Positions 1 through 9,432 of a DNA stretch of 64,000 nucleotides are shown one piece after another. The position numbers and the translations under genes are program-made. The stretch's first letter is position 1, and the number at the start of each line of letters is the position of its first letter. The notes beneath the pieces are model-generated. The model did no database searches, was not told the origin of the DNA, and saw only the letters and a program-made list of their open reading frames with translations. The stretch is from an uncultured Chloroflexia bacterium (GTDB lineage: Bacteria > Chloroflexota > Limnocylindria > Limnocylindrales > CSP1-4), in NCBI GenBank assembly GCA_963715085.1, contig CAVQQU010000006.1, forward strand, positions 31,906 through 95,905. The letters are read 5' to 3'.

Positions 1-272
1 AGGCGAAGGTGTCCCGCCTGACCGGCCACTCGTCCGACGACCAGCAGACCAAGTACCGCTCCGCGGAGGAGCTGGCCGGGCAGCGCTCAAGAGATCCGCT
101 GCCCCGCTTCCGAGACGAGCTGCGCGCGGCCGGCCTGCTCTCGACGACAGCGGAGGCTGCCCTCACGGCCGAGGTGGCCGCGGCGGTCGACGACGCAACC
201 TCGCATGCCGAAGCGTCGCCGGACCCCGACCCGGCGTCGCTCCTCCGGCACGTCTATGCGGAGACGGACTGA
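1..272 (+). CDS. 2-oxoacid dehydrogenase E1 component alpha subunit, C-terminal fragment (gene starts upstream of window)
   Basis: ORF is open to the window edge. Stop TGA 270-272 overlaps the ATG of the next gene (TGATG). The tail SDDQQTKYRSAEELAGQRSRDPLPRFRDELRAAGLL resembles E1-alpha C-termini, and E1 beta, E2 and lipA follow. Confidence 0.7.
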   Translation, partial: AKVSRLTGHSSDDQQTKYRSAEELAGQRSRDPLPRFRDELRAAGLLSTTAEAALTAEVAAAVDDATSHAEASPDPDPASLLRHVYAETD

Positions 273-1255
273 TGCCGGTCCGGACCTTCATCGAGGCGAT
301 CCGCGAGGGCCTCCGAGACGAGATGCGCCGTGACGGACGCGTCATCGTGCTGGGCGAGGACGTCGGCCGCAAGGGCGGCGTCTTCTACGCGACGGATGGG
401 CTGTGGGCGGAGTTCGGCGACGACCGCGTGATCGACACGCCGCTGACGGAGTCGATGATCGCCGGCGTCTCGATCGGCGCTGCGGCGAACGGCCTGCTCC
501 CGGTCGCCGAGATCCAGTTCGCCGACTTCATCTTCCCGGCGCTGAACCAGATCATCCAGGAGGCTGCCCGGATCCGCTACCGGAGCAACGGCACCTTCGG
601 GTGTCCCATCACGATCCGGGCGCCCTTTGGCGGCGGGGTTCATGGCGCCCTCTACCACAGCCAGTCCGTGGAAGCCTTCTTCGCCCACGTGCCCGGTCTC
701 AAGGTGGTGATCCCATCGACCCCGTACGATGCCAAGGGCCTCCTTCGCACAGCCATCCGCGATCCCGACCCGGTGATCTTCCTCGAGCACAAGAAGATGT
801 ACCGGAGCGTTCGCGGCGAAGTTCCCCATGGGGAGTACCAGGTGCCCTTCGGCCGCGCCGCGATCCCGCGGACCGGCAGCCGCCTCACGGTGATCGCCTA
901 CGGCCTGATGCTCCACTACGCGCTCGAGGCGGCGGCGCGCGTCGCCGAGGAGGGGATCGAGGCCGAGGTGATCGACCTGCGCACGATCCGGCCGCTCGAT
1001 GAGGAGACGATCCTGGCCTCGGTGCGCCGCACGGGGAAGTGTCTCGTGGTCCACGAGGACAACCGTTTCGGGGGCTTCGGGGCGGAGGTCGCGGCGCTCG
1101 TCGCGCAGGAGGCCTTCGACTACCTCGACGGCCCCGTCACTCGCCTGGCCGGCCCCGAGTCGCCGGCCTCGCCCAACGCGTTCTCGCTCGAGGAAGCCTT
1201 CATGCTCTCACCTGCGAAGATCGCCGTCGCGATCCGAACGCTCGCCACGTACTGA
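272..1255 (+). CDS. 2-oxoacid dehydrogenase E1 component beta subunit
   Basis: Intact 327-aa ORF. It carries transketolase-like E1-beta signatures: VLGEDVGRKGGVFYATDGL, RVIDTPLTESMIAGVSIGAA, VAEIQFADFIFPALNQI. Confidence 0.9.
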   Translation: MPVRTFIEAIREGLRDEMRRDGRVIVLGEDVGRKGGVFYATDGLWAEFGDDRVIDTPLTESMIAGVSIGAAANGLLPVAEIQFADFIFPALNQIIQEAARIRYRSNGTFGCPITIRAPFGGGVHGALYHSQSVEAFFAHVPGLKVVIPSTPYDAKGLLRTAIRDPDPVIFLEHKKMYRSVRGEVPHGEYQVPFGRAAIPRTGSRLTVIAYGLMLHYALEAAARVAEEGIEAEVIDLRTIRPLDEETILASVRRTGKCLVVHEDNRFGGFGAEVAALVAQEAFDYLDGPVTRLAGPESPASPNAFSLEEAFMLSPAKIAVAIRTLATY

Positions 1256-1493
1256 CGCGGCCGGGCCGCGGAGCGCGCAGGCTCGGCCACGCGGTTGCCG
1301 GCGCGGCCGACCGCCGCCGCCTCGGTTGCCACCGGTCGTCACCGAATGCATGGATGCTGCCCCATCGGTCCCCTGCCGGCCAGCGCGGGATCGGCCACAC
1401 TTAGCGACGACAATCGGGATGCCGGTGAACCGGCTCGGCGCCCGATCCGTACCACCATGAAGAGCGGGACGTGGTTCCGCGCAGGAGGGACCG

Positions 1494-2816
1494 GTGGCGA
1501 AGGTCACGATGCCGCAGCTCGGCGAGAGCGTCGCCGAGGGGACGATCGGACGCTGGCTCAAGAAGCCCGGCGACCGCGTCGAGAAGTACGAGCCGATCGT
1601 CGAAGTGATCACCGACAAGGTGAACGCCGAGGTACCGTCGCCCTTCGCCGGCACGCTGACCGCCATCCTGGTCGAAGAGGGGGCCACGGTTCCCAACGAC
1701 ACCCCGATCGCCGATATCGAGACCGCGGATGCCGACGACGCTTCGGCCGGACCCGCCGACGTGCCGATTTCCGCAGCGGCCCCTCCGCCAGCCACTCCCG
1801 CCCCCGCGGCGGGTGCCGCTCCCGTGCCCACTCCGGCCCCGATGCCCCTCGGCCCCCGCCACGCTTCCCGCCGTTGCCGACGCGGACGCCCGCATGACGC
1901 CCGCCGTCCGACGCCTCCTGCGTGAGCACGGGCTGGCGCCCGAGCAGATTTGGGGCACCGGTGGCCATGGGGCGCATCACTCGCGAGGACGTGATCGCGG
2001 CGGTCGAGGCCGCGCGCACCGGCGTCATGCCGGCCGTGCCGGCCGCACCTCCCTCGCGACGCCCGCGCTTGCATCGGCGCCCGGCACCCGGCTCGTCTTC
2101 CCGCCCGGCACCGACGAGCTGCTCGTCCCGCTGACTCAGATGCGGAAGGCGATCGCGGCCCAGATGACCCGGGCCCTGCAGGTCCCCCACGCCTACGTCC
2201 ACGTCGAGGTCGACGTCGCGAACCTCGTGCGGCTCCGCGAGTCGCTCAAGCTCGACTACCAGGCCCGCGAGGGCATCTCGCTCAGCTTCGTTCCCTTCGT
2301 GATGAAGGCGGTGGTCGAAGCCGTTCGACGCAGCCCGACCTTCAACGCGACCTGGAGCGAGCAGGGCCTCGTGGCGAAACGCCGCATGAACGTCGGCGTC
2401 GCGGTCGCCGTGGACGACGGGCTCATCGTGCCCGTGATCCGCGACGTCGATCAGCTCTCGATCAGCGGCATCAACCGGGCCATCGCCGACGTCGCAGCCC
2501 GCGCCCGGGCCAAGAAGCTGCGCGTCGACGACTTCGGTGGCGGCACCTTCACCGTCGACAACACCGGCTGGTTCGGGAGCAACCTGACGATGCCGATCAT
2601 CAACGTCCCGGAGGTCGCCATCCTGACCATGGAGGCGATCACGAAGCGCCCGGTTGTCATCGAGACGCCGCAGGGCGACGTGATCGCGATCCGGCCGATC
2701 ATGAACATGGTGATCGGGATCGACCACCGGGCGAACGACGGCGCCCAGGCGGGCTACTTCCTGCGCGACATCAAGGCCTGGCTCGAGGGAATCGGGCCGA
2801 CACCGCCGTCATCTAG
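1494..2816 (+). CDS. Dihydrolipoamide acyltransferase (E2), interrupted by about 3 frame breaks
   Basis: Lipoyl domain (VITDKVNAEVPSPFAG), subunit-binding motif (MTPAVRRLLREHGL..GTGGHGRITREDV) and catalytic domain (IDHRANDGAQAGYFL) are present. They are recovered only by joining frames near 1860, 1965 and 2060. The last frame has no stop, so the end is set at TAG 2814-2816 beside the AGGAGG of the next gene. Confidence 0.8.
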
Positions 2817-2824
2817 GAGGACGT

Positions 2825-3441
2825 GTGGCCGGAGGCCCCGACTCGACGAGCAGCGCGCCGCCCACGAGCGACCAGGGCCGGCCGTCGATCGCCGAGCGCG
2901 CGGCCCGCCGCGACCAGATGCAGGCGCCCGGGCGGGACCGGTATGCCACGCTCCTGCGCAGCCTCCAGGCGGGGCGGGAGCTGCCGCTCCACCGGCGCGG
3001 CGGCCGCCTCGCCGTGGACTGGCATCCGATCCTCTGGACCCTGTTCAAGGTTGCCGCCGTCGTGCTGGTCGCGTATGTCGGGATCCGGGTCGGGACCCAG
3101 TGGCTGCGCGAGGGCCGCGTGGACACTTGGGACGGGCCGGACGCCACGGTCCAGTCCGGCGTTCGCCTCGCGGACTGCCCGAGCGTCGACCGGATCCGCG
3201 TCGAGGACTTCCCTTCGTGGATCCGCTTCGAGGGGAGCATGACGCCACCGGGGACAAGCGCCCGTACGTTGGTCGAGAGACGCCGGGCTTCGTCCAGACC
3301 CCCTACACGAACGGGTCCATGCGCCTGGTCCTGATCGAGAACACGCCGGATGGGAAGGCGCGCGACACGATCCTGATCTGGCTCCAGGACTCGCTGGCGG
3401 GCATCGAGTACGCGCGGGTCCCCGAATGCTCGCCCGGCTAG
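2825..3441 (+). CDS. Hypothetical membrane-anchored protein (one frame break near 3240)
   Basis: AGGAGG at 2815-2820 precedes GTG 2825. One TM helix (ILWTLFKVAAVVLVAYVGIRV) is present. The C-terminal part (VQTPYTNGSMRLVLIENTPDGKARDTILIWLQD) continues in the frame of ORF 1729..3441. GC3 codon bias is good. Confidence 0.5.
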
Positions 3442-3450
3442 ACTGACGGC

Positions 3451-4124
3451 ATGGGCCTTGACCTCCCGATGGTCGATCCGGCCGCCGCGCCGCGCGCACG
3501 CCGCCACCCGGATTGGCTGAAGGCGGCCATCGCCGCCGGCGAGTCGGTTCGCGACGTCCGCCAGCTGTTGCGCGGCCTGAACCTGAACACGGTCTGCGAA
3601 GAGGCCCGCTGTCCGAACCTCGGGGAGTGCTGGGACCAGCGCACGGCGACGGTCATGATCCTCGGCGACGTCTGCACGCGGGCGTGCGGCTTCTGCGCCA
3701 TCGCGACCGGGCGGCCCACTGGTTCGACCCCGACGAGCCGCGGCGCGTGGCGGAGGCCGTGGCGGCCATGGGCCTGGAGCACGTCGTCGTGACCTCCGTC
3801 GCCCGCGACGACCTGCCCGACGGCGGCGCGTCGGTCTTCGCCGCGACGATCCGCCAGATGCGCGAGCGCAGCCCCGGGATGGGCGTCGAGGTGCTGATCC
3901 CCGACTTCAACGGGGACGGCGCCGCCCTCCGGGCGGTCATGGCGGCCGGGCCGGACATCCTCAACCACAACGTCGAGACCGTGGAGCGCCTCCAGAGCCG
4001 GTGCGCAAGCGGGCCGCTACGACCGCAGCCTGGCCGTTCTCGCGCGGGCAAGGCCGAGGCGCGCGAGCTGGGCCGCGAGGTCCACACGAAGAGCTCGATC
4101 ATGGTCGGCCTGGGCGAGGAGCGT
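3451..4124 (+). pseudogene. lipA: Lipoyl synthase, 3'-truncated and frame-broken
   Basis: Motifs [17 protein letters not shown] and radical-SAM [10 protein letters not shown], then [34 protein letters not shown] and SSIMVGLGEE. About 4 frame joins are needed. The last ~95 aa, including the C-terminal RSSY motif, are absent, and the ORF runs without a stop into the next gene. Confidence 0.8.
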
Positions 4125-5181
4125 GTGGTCCGCCAGCTCTCCCGCACCGTCCCGCTCGCCGAGCTCCATTGCCACCTGGGCGGCGCGGTGACGCCCGCGA
4201 TCATGTGGGGGATCGCCCACCAGCAGGGGATCCGGCTGCCGTCGAAGGACTACTGGGAGTTCCGCGACATCATCACGGTGTCGCCGACACGGGGCCGGTC
4301 GTTCGAGGGGTACCTGGAGCTCTTCCACTGGACGGAGCTGATCCAGTCGAGCCCGCTGGCGGTGGAGCGCGCCGTCTACGAGGTCGTCGGCGGCGCCTAC
4401 CGCAAGAACAACGTCACGACCATGGAGCTCCGCTTCAACCCCATGAAGCGGAACCGGGGCGGCGAGCAGGACCTGGACCACATCATCGCGGCGGCGGTGC
4501 GGGGCATGGACCGGGCGACGCTGGAGTACCCGGTGAAGCCCGGCCTGATCCTCTGCCTGGACCGGGCCTTCCCGTACCACCTCAACGAGATCATCGCGGA
4601 GAAGGCGATCGCCTGGCGCGACCGGGGCGTGGTCGGGCGTCGACATCGCGGGCCCCGAGTCCAACGGCTTCCGGGTGAAGGAGTACCGGCGCCTCTTCCA
4701 GGAGGCGCGCCGCCACCACCTCGGGACCACGGTCCACACCGGCGAGTCGGGACCGGTGGACGAGGTGGCCGAGGTGATCGAGCAGCTGGAGCCCGACCGG
4801 ATCGGCCACGGCGTCAAGGCGGCCTACGACCCGCGGACGCTCGGGATGATCCGGGAGCGGGGGATCGTCCTGGAGGTCTGCCCGACCTCGAACATCAACA
4901 CCCGGGTCGTCTCCGGCTGGGACGAGTTCCGCTGGATCTTCGACACGTTCCGCCGCAACGAGATCCGCTTCACGATCAACACCGACGGCCCGGAGATGCT
5001 CAAGACGTACATCCGGGACGAGCTCGCGACGCTCGGCCGGCTCGGCATCCTCACCCTCGACGAGCAGCTGGAGGTGGCCCGGACGGCGTTGCAGGCCTCC
5101 TTCGTGCGGAACGTCAGCGACGTCCCCCTGCCCCGCCTGGAGCCGGCGCGCCGCGACGAGGTCGAGCGCGAGGAGGCCTGA
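4125..5181 (+). CDS. Adenosine deaminase family amidohydrolase (one frame break near 4636)
   Basis: Motifs LAELHCHLGGAV, TVHTGES, IGHGV, VCPTSN and INTDGP. The break lies at gtcGGGcgtcgac, and joining gives WRDRGVVGVDIAGPESNGFRVKEYRRLF. Possible start GTG 4125 is in the same frame as the lipA remnant. Confidence 0.8.
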
Positions 5182-5223
5182 CGTGAACGCTGGTCCCGCC
5201 GGCGGCGCACGCGGCACCTCGCG

Positions 5224-5968
5224 ATGCTCGCCGCGGCGGCCACCCTTGCGGCCGTCCTCGCCGCCTGCGGCAGCACCGCCTCGCCCACGCCCGCCCCGAC
5301 GGCGTCGCCCGCTGGCGACCTCGGGACCCGGATCACCTACGAGGTCTTCGCCGCCGACGGGTCGCCCGCGCCTGCCGGCCTCACGGAACAGGCCCGCGCC
5401 ACGCTCGAGGCGCGCGCTCGCGCGCTCGACCCGGCGGCCACCGTCGCGATCGGCGCGGACGGCAGGCTGATCCTGGAATCGACCGGTGCGATCTCACCCG
5501 AGGGCCGGCGGACGTTCCTCGCCAGCGGCGCCGTCGTCGTCGCGCCGCTGCCGGCGGACCGGTTCGGGAACCTGGAGGCGCCCGGGCCAGAGGTGGTGGT
5601 TCCCGGCGTCCTCCTGCCGTCGGCCCTCGATCCGCTCCTTCGTGAGGGCGACATCGACCCGGCCGGAGTCCGGCTGCTCCCCGAAACCGAGGGCGGCCCG
5701 GGCGTCACCCTGCGGCTCACGCCTGCGGGGGCGGCAGCGCTCGCCGCGTGGAGCGCGGGCCACGTGGGCGACTTCCTGGCGATCGCGGTCGACGGTCGTG
5801 TCGTCGGCGGTGCCGCTCCTCCAGGCGCCGATCGGCGACGGCGCGATGACGATCAGCACGGCGGCGGAGGGCTGGCCGACGGCCGACGACCTGGCGGTGC
5901 TGCGGGGAGCGTTCCCGAACGACGTGACGGTGGTCGAAGGGTCGATCGAGCGCGTCCCGGCTCCCTGA
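5224..5968 (+). CDS. Putative lipoprotein (one frame break near 5800)
   Basis: Signal peptide plus lipobox MLAAAATLAAVLAAC-GS. The C-terminal part (AVPLLQAPIGDGAMTISTAAEGWPTADDLAVLRGAF) is in the frame of ORF 5486..5968. Confidence 0.55.
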
Positions 5969-6696
5969 CCTGGCCCCCGCTCGGCCTCGCGGGGCTCGAT
6001 CACGTAGACGCAGCTGCGGTCGCCCGAGGCGATGTGCGACGTGCGCACCACGCGGGCATCCAGGACCTCCTCGAAGAGCTGGAGCTCTGCCCGGCAGGCC
6101 GCCGGGTGCCCCGCCGCCGCGCCCAGGATCGCGCAGTTGTGCTCGCGCAGCTCAAGCGATCCGCCGTTCGCCGGCGCCGTCTCGGCCCGGCAGACGTAGC
6201 CCGACTCGTCCTGGACCACCGCGAGCTCGCGGACCTTGTCGGCCAGGGTCGCCCCCGAGCCGAGGCGCTCGGCGAAGCGGGCCTGGATGCGATCGCTCAG
6301 CAGCCGTCGGCGGGCCTGGAAGACCTCCTCGACGAGGGCGTCCCCGCCGACCTCGACGATCGACTCCAGGAGGGTGGTGGCCAGGCCGTCGTAGTTGGCC
6401 GGGAGGCTTCGCTGGGCCGCCGCCGTGATGTCGTAGAGGTGGCGCGGACGGCCCACGCCGTGGCGGATCGCCTGGCGGGCGACGAAGCCGGCGGCTTCGA
6501 GCTCGTGGAGGCGCTGCACGGTGCTCGTGCGGCTCATCCCGAGGCGGGTGGCCAGGGCATCGGGACCGATCGCGCCCCTCTCGCGCAGCTCGAGGAGGAT
6601 GGCCCGGCCCAGGGCGTCGTCCGGCGCATGGCCGTTGCGATGGCCGTTCGAGTGGCCGTTCGGGTGGCCGCTGGCCTGGCGGTCGACGACGGGCAC
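5965..6696 (-). CDS. Winged-HTH transcriptional regulator with Cys-containing C-terminal domain (SufR-like architecture)
   Basis: HTH region ILLELRERGAIGPDALATRLGMSRTSTVQRLHELEAAGFV. C-terminal cysteines lie in VCRAE..EHNCAI..AACRAE..SCVY. The ORF as given runs on to 5494 with no stop, antisense to the lipoprotein gene. The 3' end is placed by typical family length only. Confidence 0.5.
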
Positions 6697-6768
6697 CGGC
6701 AGGTCGGACGATGGGCTCGGGGCGGGCGCTGGGGTCGCTCACGGGCGGAAGGCTAGCATCGGTCGCGC

Positions 6769-7243
6769 TCATCCGCCGACGGCGGCTCTCCCCAGCGCCA
6801 CGCGGAGGGCATCCTCGAAGTCGGGGGCCCATGGGCCGGGCCCCGCCAGGAGGTACGGAGTCGCCTCGACCGTTCCGTAGGCGGCGGGGTCGACCACGTA
6901 GCTGCGAGCGCAGAGGTCCACGACCGGCCGCAGCTCGCCGTAGGCCCTGGCGTCCTTGAAGGCGTAGAGGTAGACCCGCGTCGGCTCCGCCTGGTCCAGG
7001 CCGGAGGCGTCGAACGAGATCGCGGTGCGCGCCAGCCGCTGGTCGTCGCAGCCCGGGTCGCCGGCGACCACGTTCTTCACGCCGACCCCGGTCCGGGCAA
7101 GCTCGGAGACGATCCCGGCGAAGGTGGTGGCGGTGGGCTTGGGCGTCTGGGGCGTGAAGGCAGAGCAGGCCGGCGCGACGCGAGGGCCGACGGGCGAGGA
7201 CGGCGGCGACGACCGGCGCGGCGCCGGGATGGCGGACGAGCAT
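6769..7243 (-). CDS. Putative lipoprotein (one frame break near 7190)
   Basis: ATG 7243 gives MLVRHPGAAPVVAAVLA, then a frame join leads to the APAC-SAF lipobox and a GC3-biased body (VYLYAFKDARAYGELRPVVDLCARSYVVDP). Confidence 0.5.
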
Positions 7244-7374
7244 GCCCGGAGGCTAGCACCGAGCGGCAGGGGACGCCGTGAGCTGTTCACGCCGCCGCCG
7301 CGCGGCTCGTGCCGCGGTTGCGCGGCACCGGAGACCGTGGGGACGCGAAGGCGCCCCCAGCGGTCAGACGAGCC

Positions 7375-9276
7375 TCAGCCGGCCCACTCCAGGCCGAGCC
7401 GCGCCAGCGTGTCCGGCGTCGGGTTGCCGGTGCTGCCATCCCAGCCGGCGAGCCGGTAGTACTCGTCGAGGGCGCCTTCGATCGCCGCGCGATCGAGGGC
7501 GACGCCCGCAGTCGGGCCCGTGCCGGTGAGCGGCCGGAAGAACTTGTCGGGGAGCCGGTCCTCGCGTCGCCCGATGCCCTCGCGCGCGTTGAACGCGCGC
7601 ATCATGTTCAGGCGGCGCTCGCCGATCTCCATGAGCTCGTCGACGTCGAAGTCCTCCCAGCCGGTCACGGCCCGCACGAAATCGACCGCCTCCTGCGGCC
7701 CGTACAGGCTCCAGGCCGGGCCCCACACGAACTGGCAGAGCGCGGCCGTGTCGACGAACGAGTAGTACTGCTGGGTCCGCAGGGCGAAGCGGACCTTGTC
7801 GGGGCCGAACGAATTCGGCGGGCAGCGCCTCGTCGAGCCCGAGGAGCTTCAGCCGCTCGAGCGAGAGATCGGAAGCGCCCTCTTCGATCATCGGGTCGTG
7901 CTCGGATGACTGGTGGTCTGGCGCCGAATGCGTTCACCGCGTAGATCGACGCCGAGCGACCGCTTCGCCTGGGGCATGTGGGCCGGCGCCTCGGCTCCCT
8001 TGCACCGTGATCAGGTGCTCATGGCCCTTCCCGAGCAGGTCGGCGGCGCGCCGCGATCCGTTCGAGAGGATGTCCCCGAAGCCTTCCCGCGTGGCGAGCA
8101 TCTCGGTGAGACGCACCATCGCGGCCGCGTCGCCGAAGTGGGCGCGGAAGCCGAGGTCGGCTTCGGTCACCAGGCCGTGCTCGAAGCACTCCATCGCCCA
8201 GGCGACCGTGGCCCCCGTGCCGATCGTGTCGAGGCCGTTCTCGTTGCAGATCTTGTTGGCCAGCGAGATGCGCCGGGAGGTCGTCGACGCCGCAGTACGA
8301 CCCGAAGACGGCGCGCCGTCTCGTACTCCGGCCCGCCGTGGCGAGCCTCGACGGGGCGGCCCTGCCACTCCGTCTCGACGGCCCGCTTGCAGCGCACGGC
8401 GCACGCGTAGCAGGTGTGGCGCTCCTTGAGGATCGTGGCCGTCATCGCCTGGCCGGAGATCTTCTCGTACCCGTCGAACTGCCCGGCGTTGTAGTTGAAC
8501 GTCGGCAGCGAACCGATGGCGTGCTGAAACTCGAGGACGCCCTCGGTCCCGTTCGTGCGCAGATCCAGGACGTCGGCGTTATTGGGGATCTCTGCGGTGC
8601 CCCACCGGGCGAGCTTGCTGAGGCCCGCGGCGTCGGCCAGCGGGAGCTTCTTGCTCGTGCCGCGGGCGACGATCGCCTTGAGGTTCTTCGAGCCCATGAC
8701 GGCGCCCATGCCCGGTGCGGCCATTGGCCCGGCTGGCCATGTTCATGATGGCCGCGAGGCGGACGAGCTTCTCGCCGGCCGGGCCGACCTGGGCGATCTC
8801 GATCTTGTCGTCGCCGAGCTCGGCCTTGAGCAGGTCGTCGACGTCGGAGGTGTCCGGCCCCACAGGTGATCGGCCGCCCGGAGCTCGGCTTCGCCGTCGT
8901 GGATCCAGAGGTAGTACCGGCCCAGGAGAGCGTCCGCGGATCACGATCCCCGTGTACCCGGCGAAGCGCAGCTCTGCCGGGAAGAAGCCGCCGCCCTGGC
9001 TGTCGCCGATGCCGTCGGTGAGCGGCGAGCGGGCATTGATCGTCACCCGGCTCTGGCCGGCGATCGGCGCTCCCGTGAGGAGGCTGTCCATCACGGTCAG
9101 GATGTTGTCCGGGTGCAGGCCGTCCGTCCCGGCCTTCATCCCCTGGAGAATGTAGTACAGCCCCATCGCAGAGCCGCCGAGGTATGTCCGGTAGAAGGAC
9201 TCGGGCGGGTGCTCGACATCCAGCGCGCCCGTCGTGAGGTCGACGTGCAGGATGCGCCCGGAGAACTCGCCTGGCA
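7375..9276 (-). CDS. Aldehyde:ferredoxin oxidoreductase (tungsten/molybdopterin AOR family), at least 6 frame breaks
   Basis: N-terminus MPGEFSGRILHVDLTTG, GGSAMG, GAVMGSKNLKAIV, 4Fe-4S ligands HTCYACAVRCKR, GGPEYET, NKICNENGLDTIGTGATVAWAMECFE, and C-terminus YYRLAGWDGSTGNPTP. The pieces lie in ORFs 8579..9742, 8167..8724, 7934..8404, 7665..7937, 7364..7891 and 7375..7728. GGAGGTAGG lies upstream of ATG 9276. Confidence 0.85.
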
Positions 9277-9432
9277 TTCGCCTACCTCCGATCACGCGGG
9301 CCCGTCGCTGGTCGCGGGCCGCCCAGGACGCGTGGGCCATTGTAGGCACGCGCACGCGGCGATTCGAAGCGGAGTGCCGCCCTTCGCGACTGTCCCCGAG
9401 GTTGGTCCACTGGTCCCCGAGGGGCAGCGCTG

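Noticed and set aside
1729-3441. The 570-aa ORF 1729..3441 as one giant E2 fusion protein.
   Set aside because: The E2 catalytic domain ends near ..DIKAWLEG. An AGGAGG plus GTG start at 2815-2825 and a separate TM protein follow, and the C-terminal part of that ORF matches the second gene after a frame join. The read-through is most simply a lost stop.
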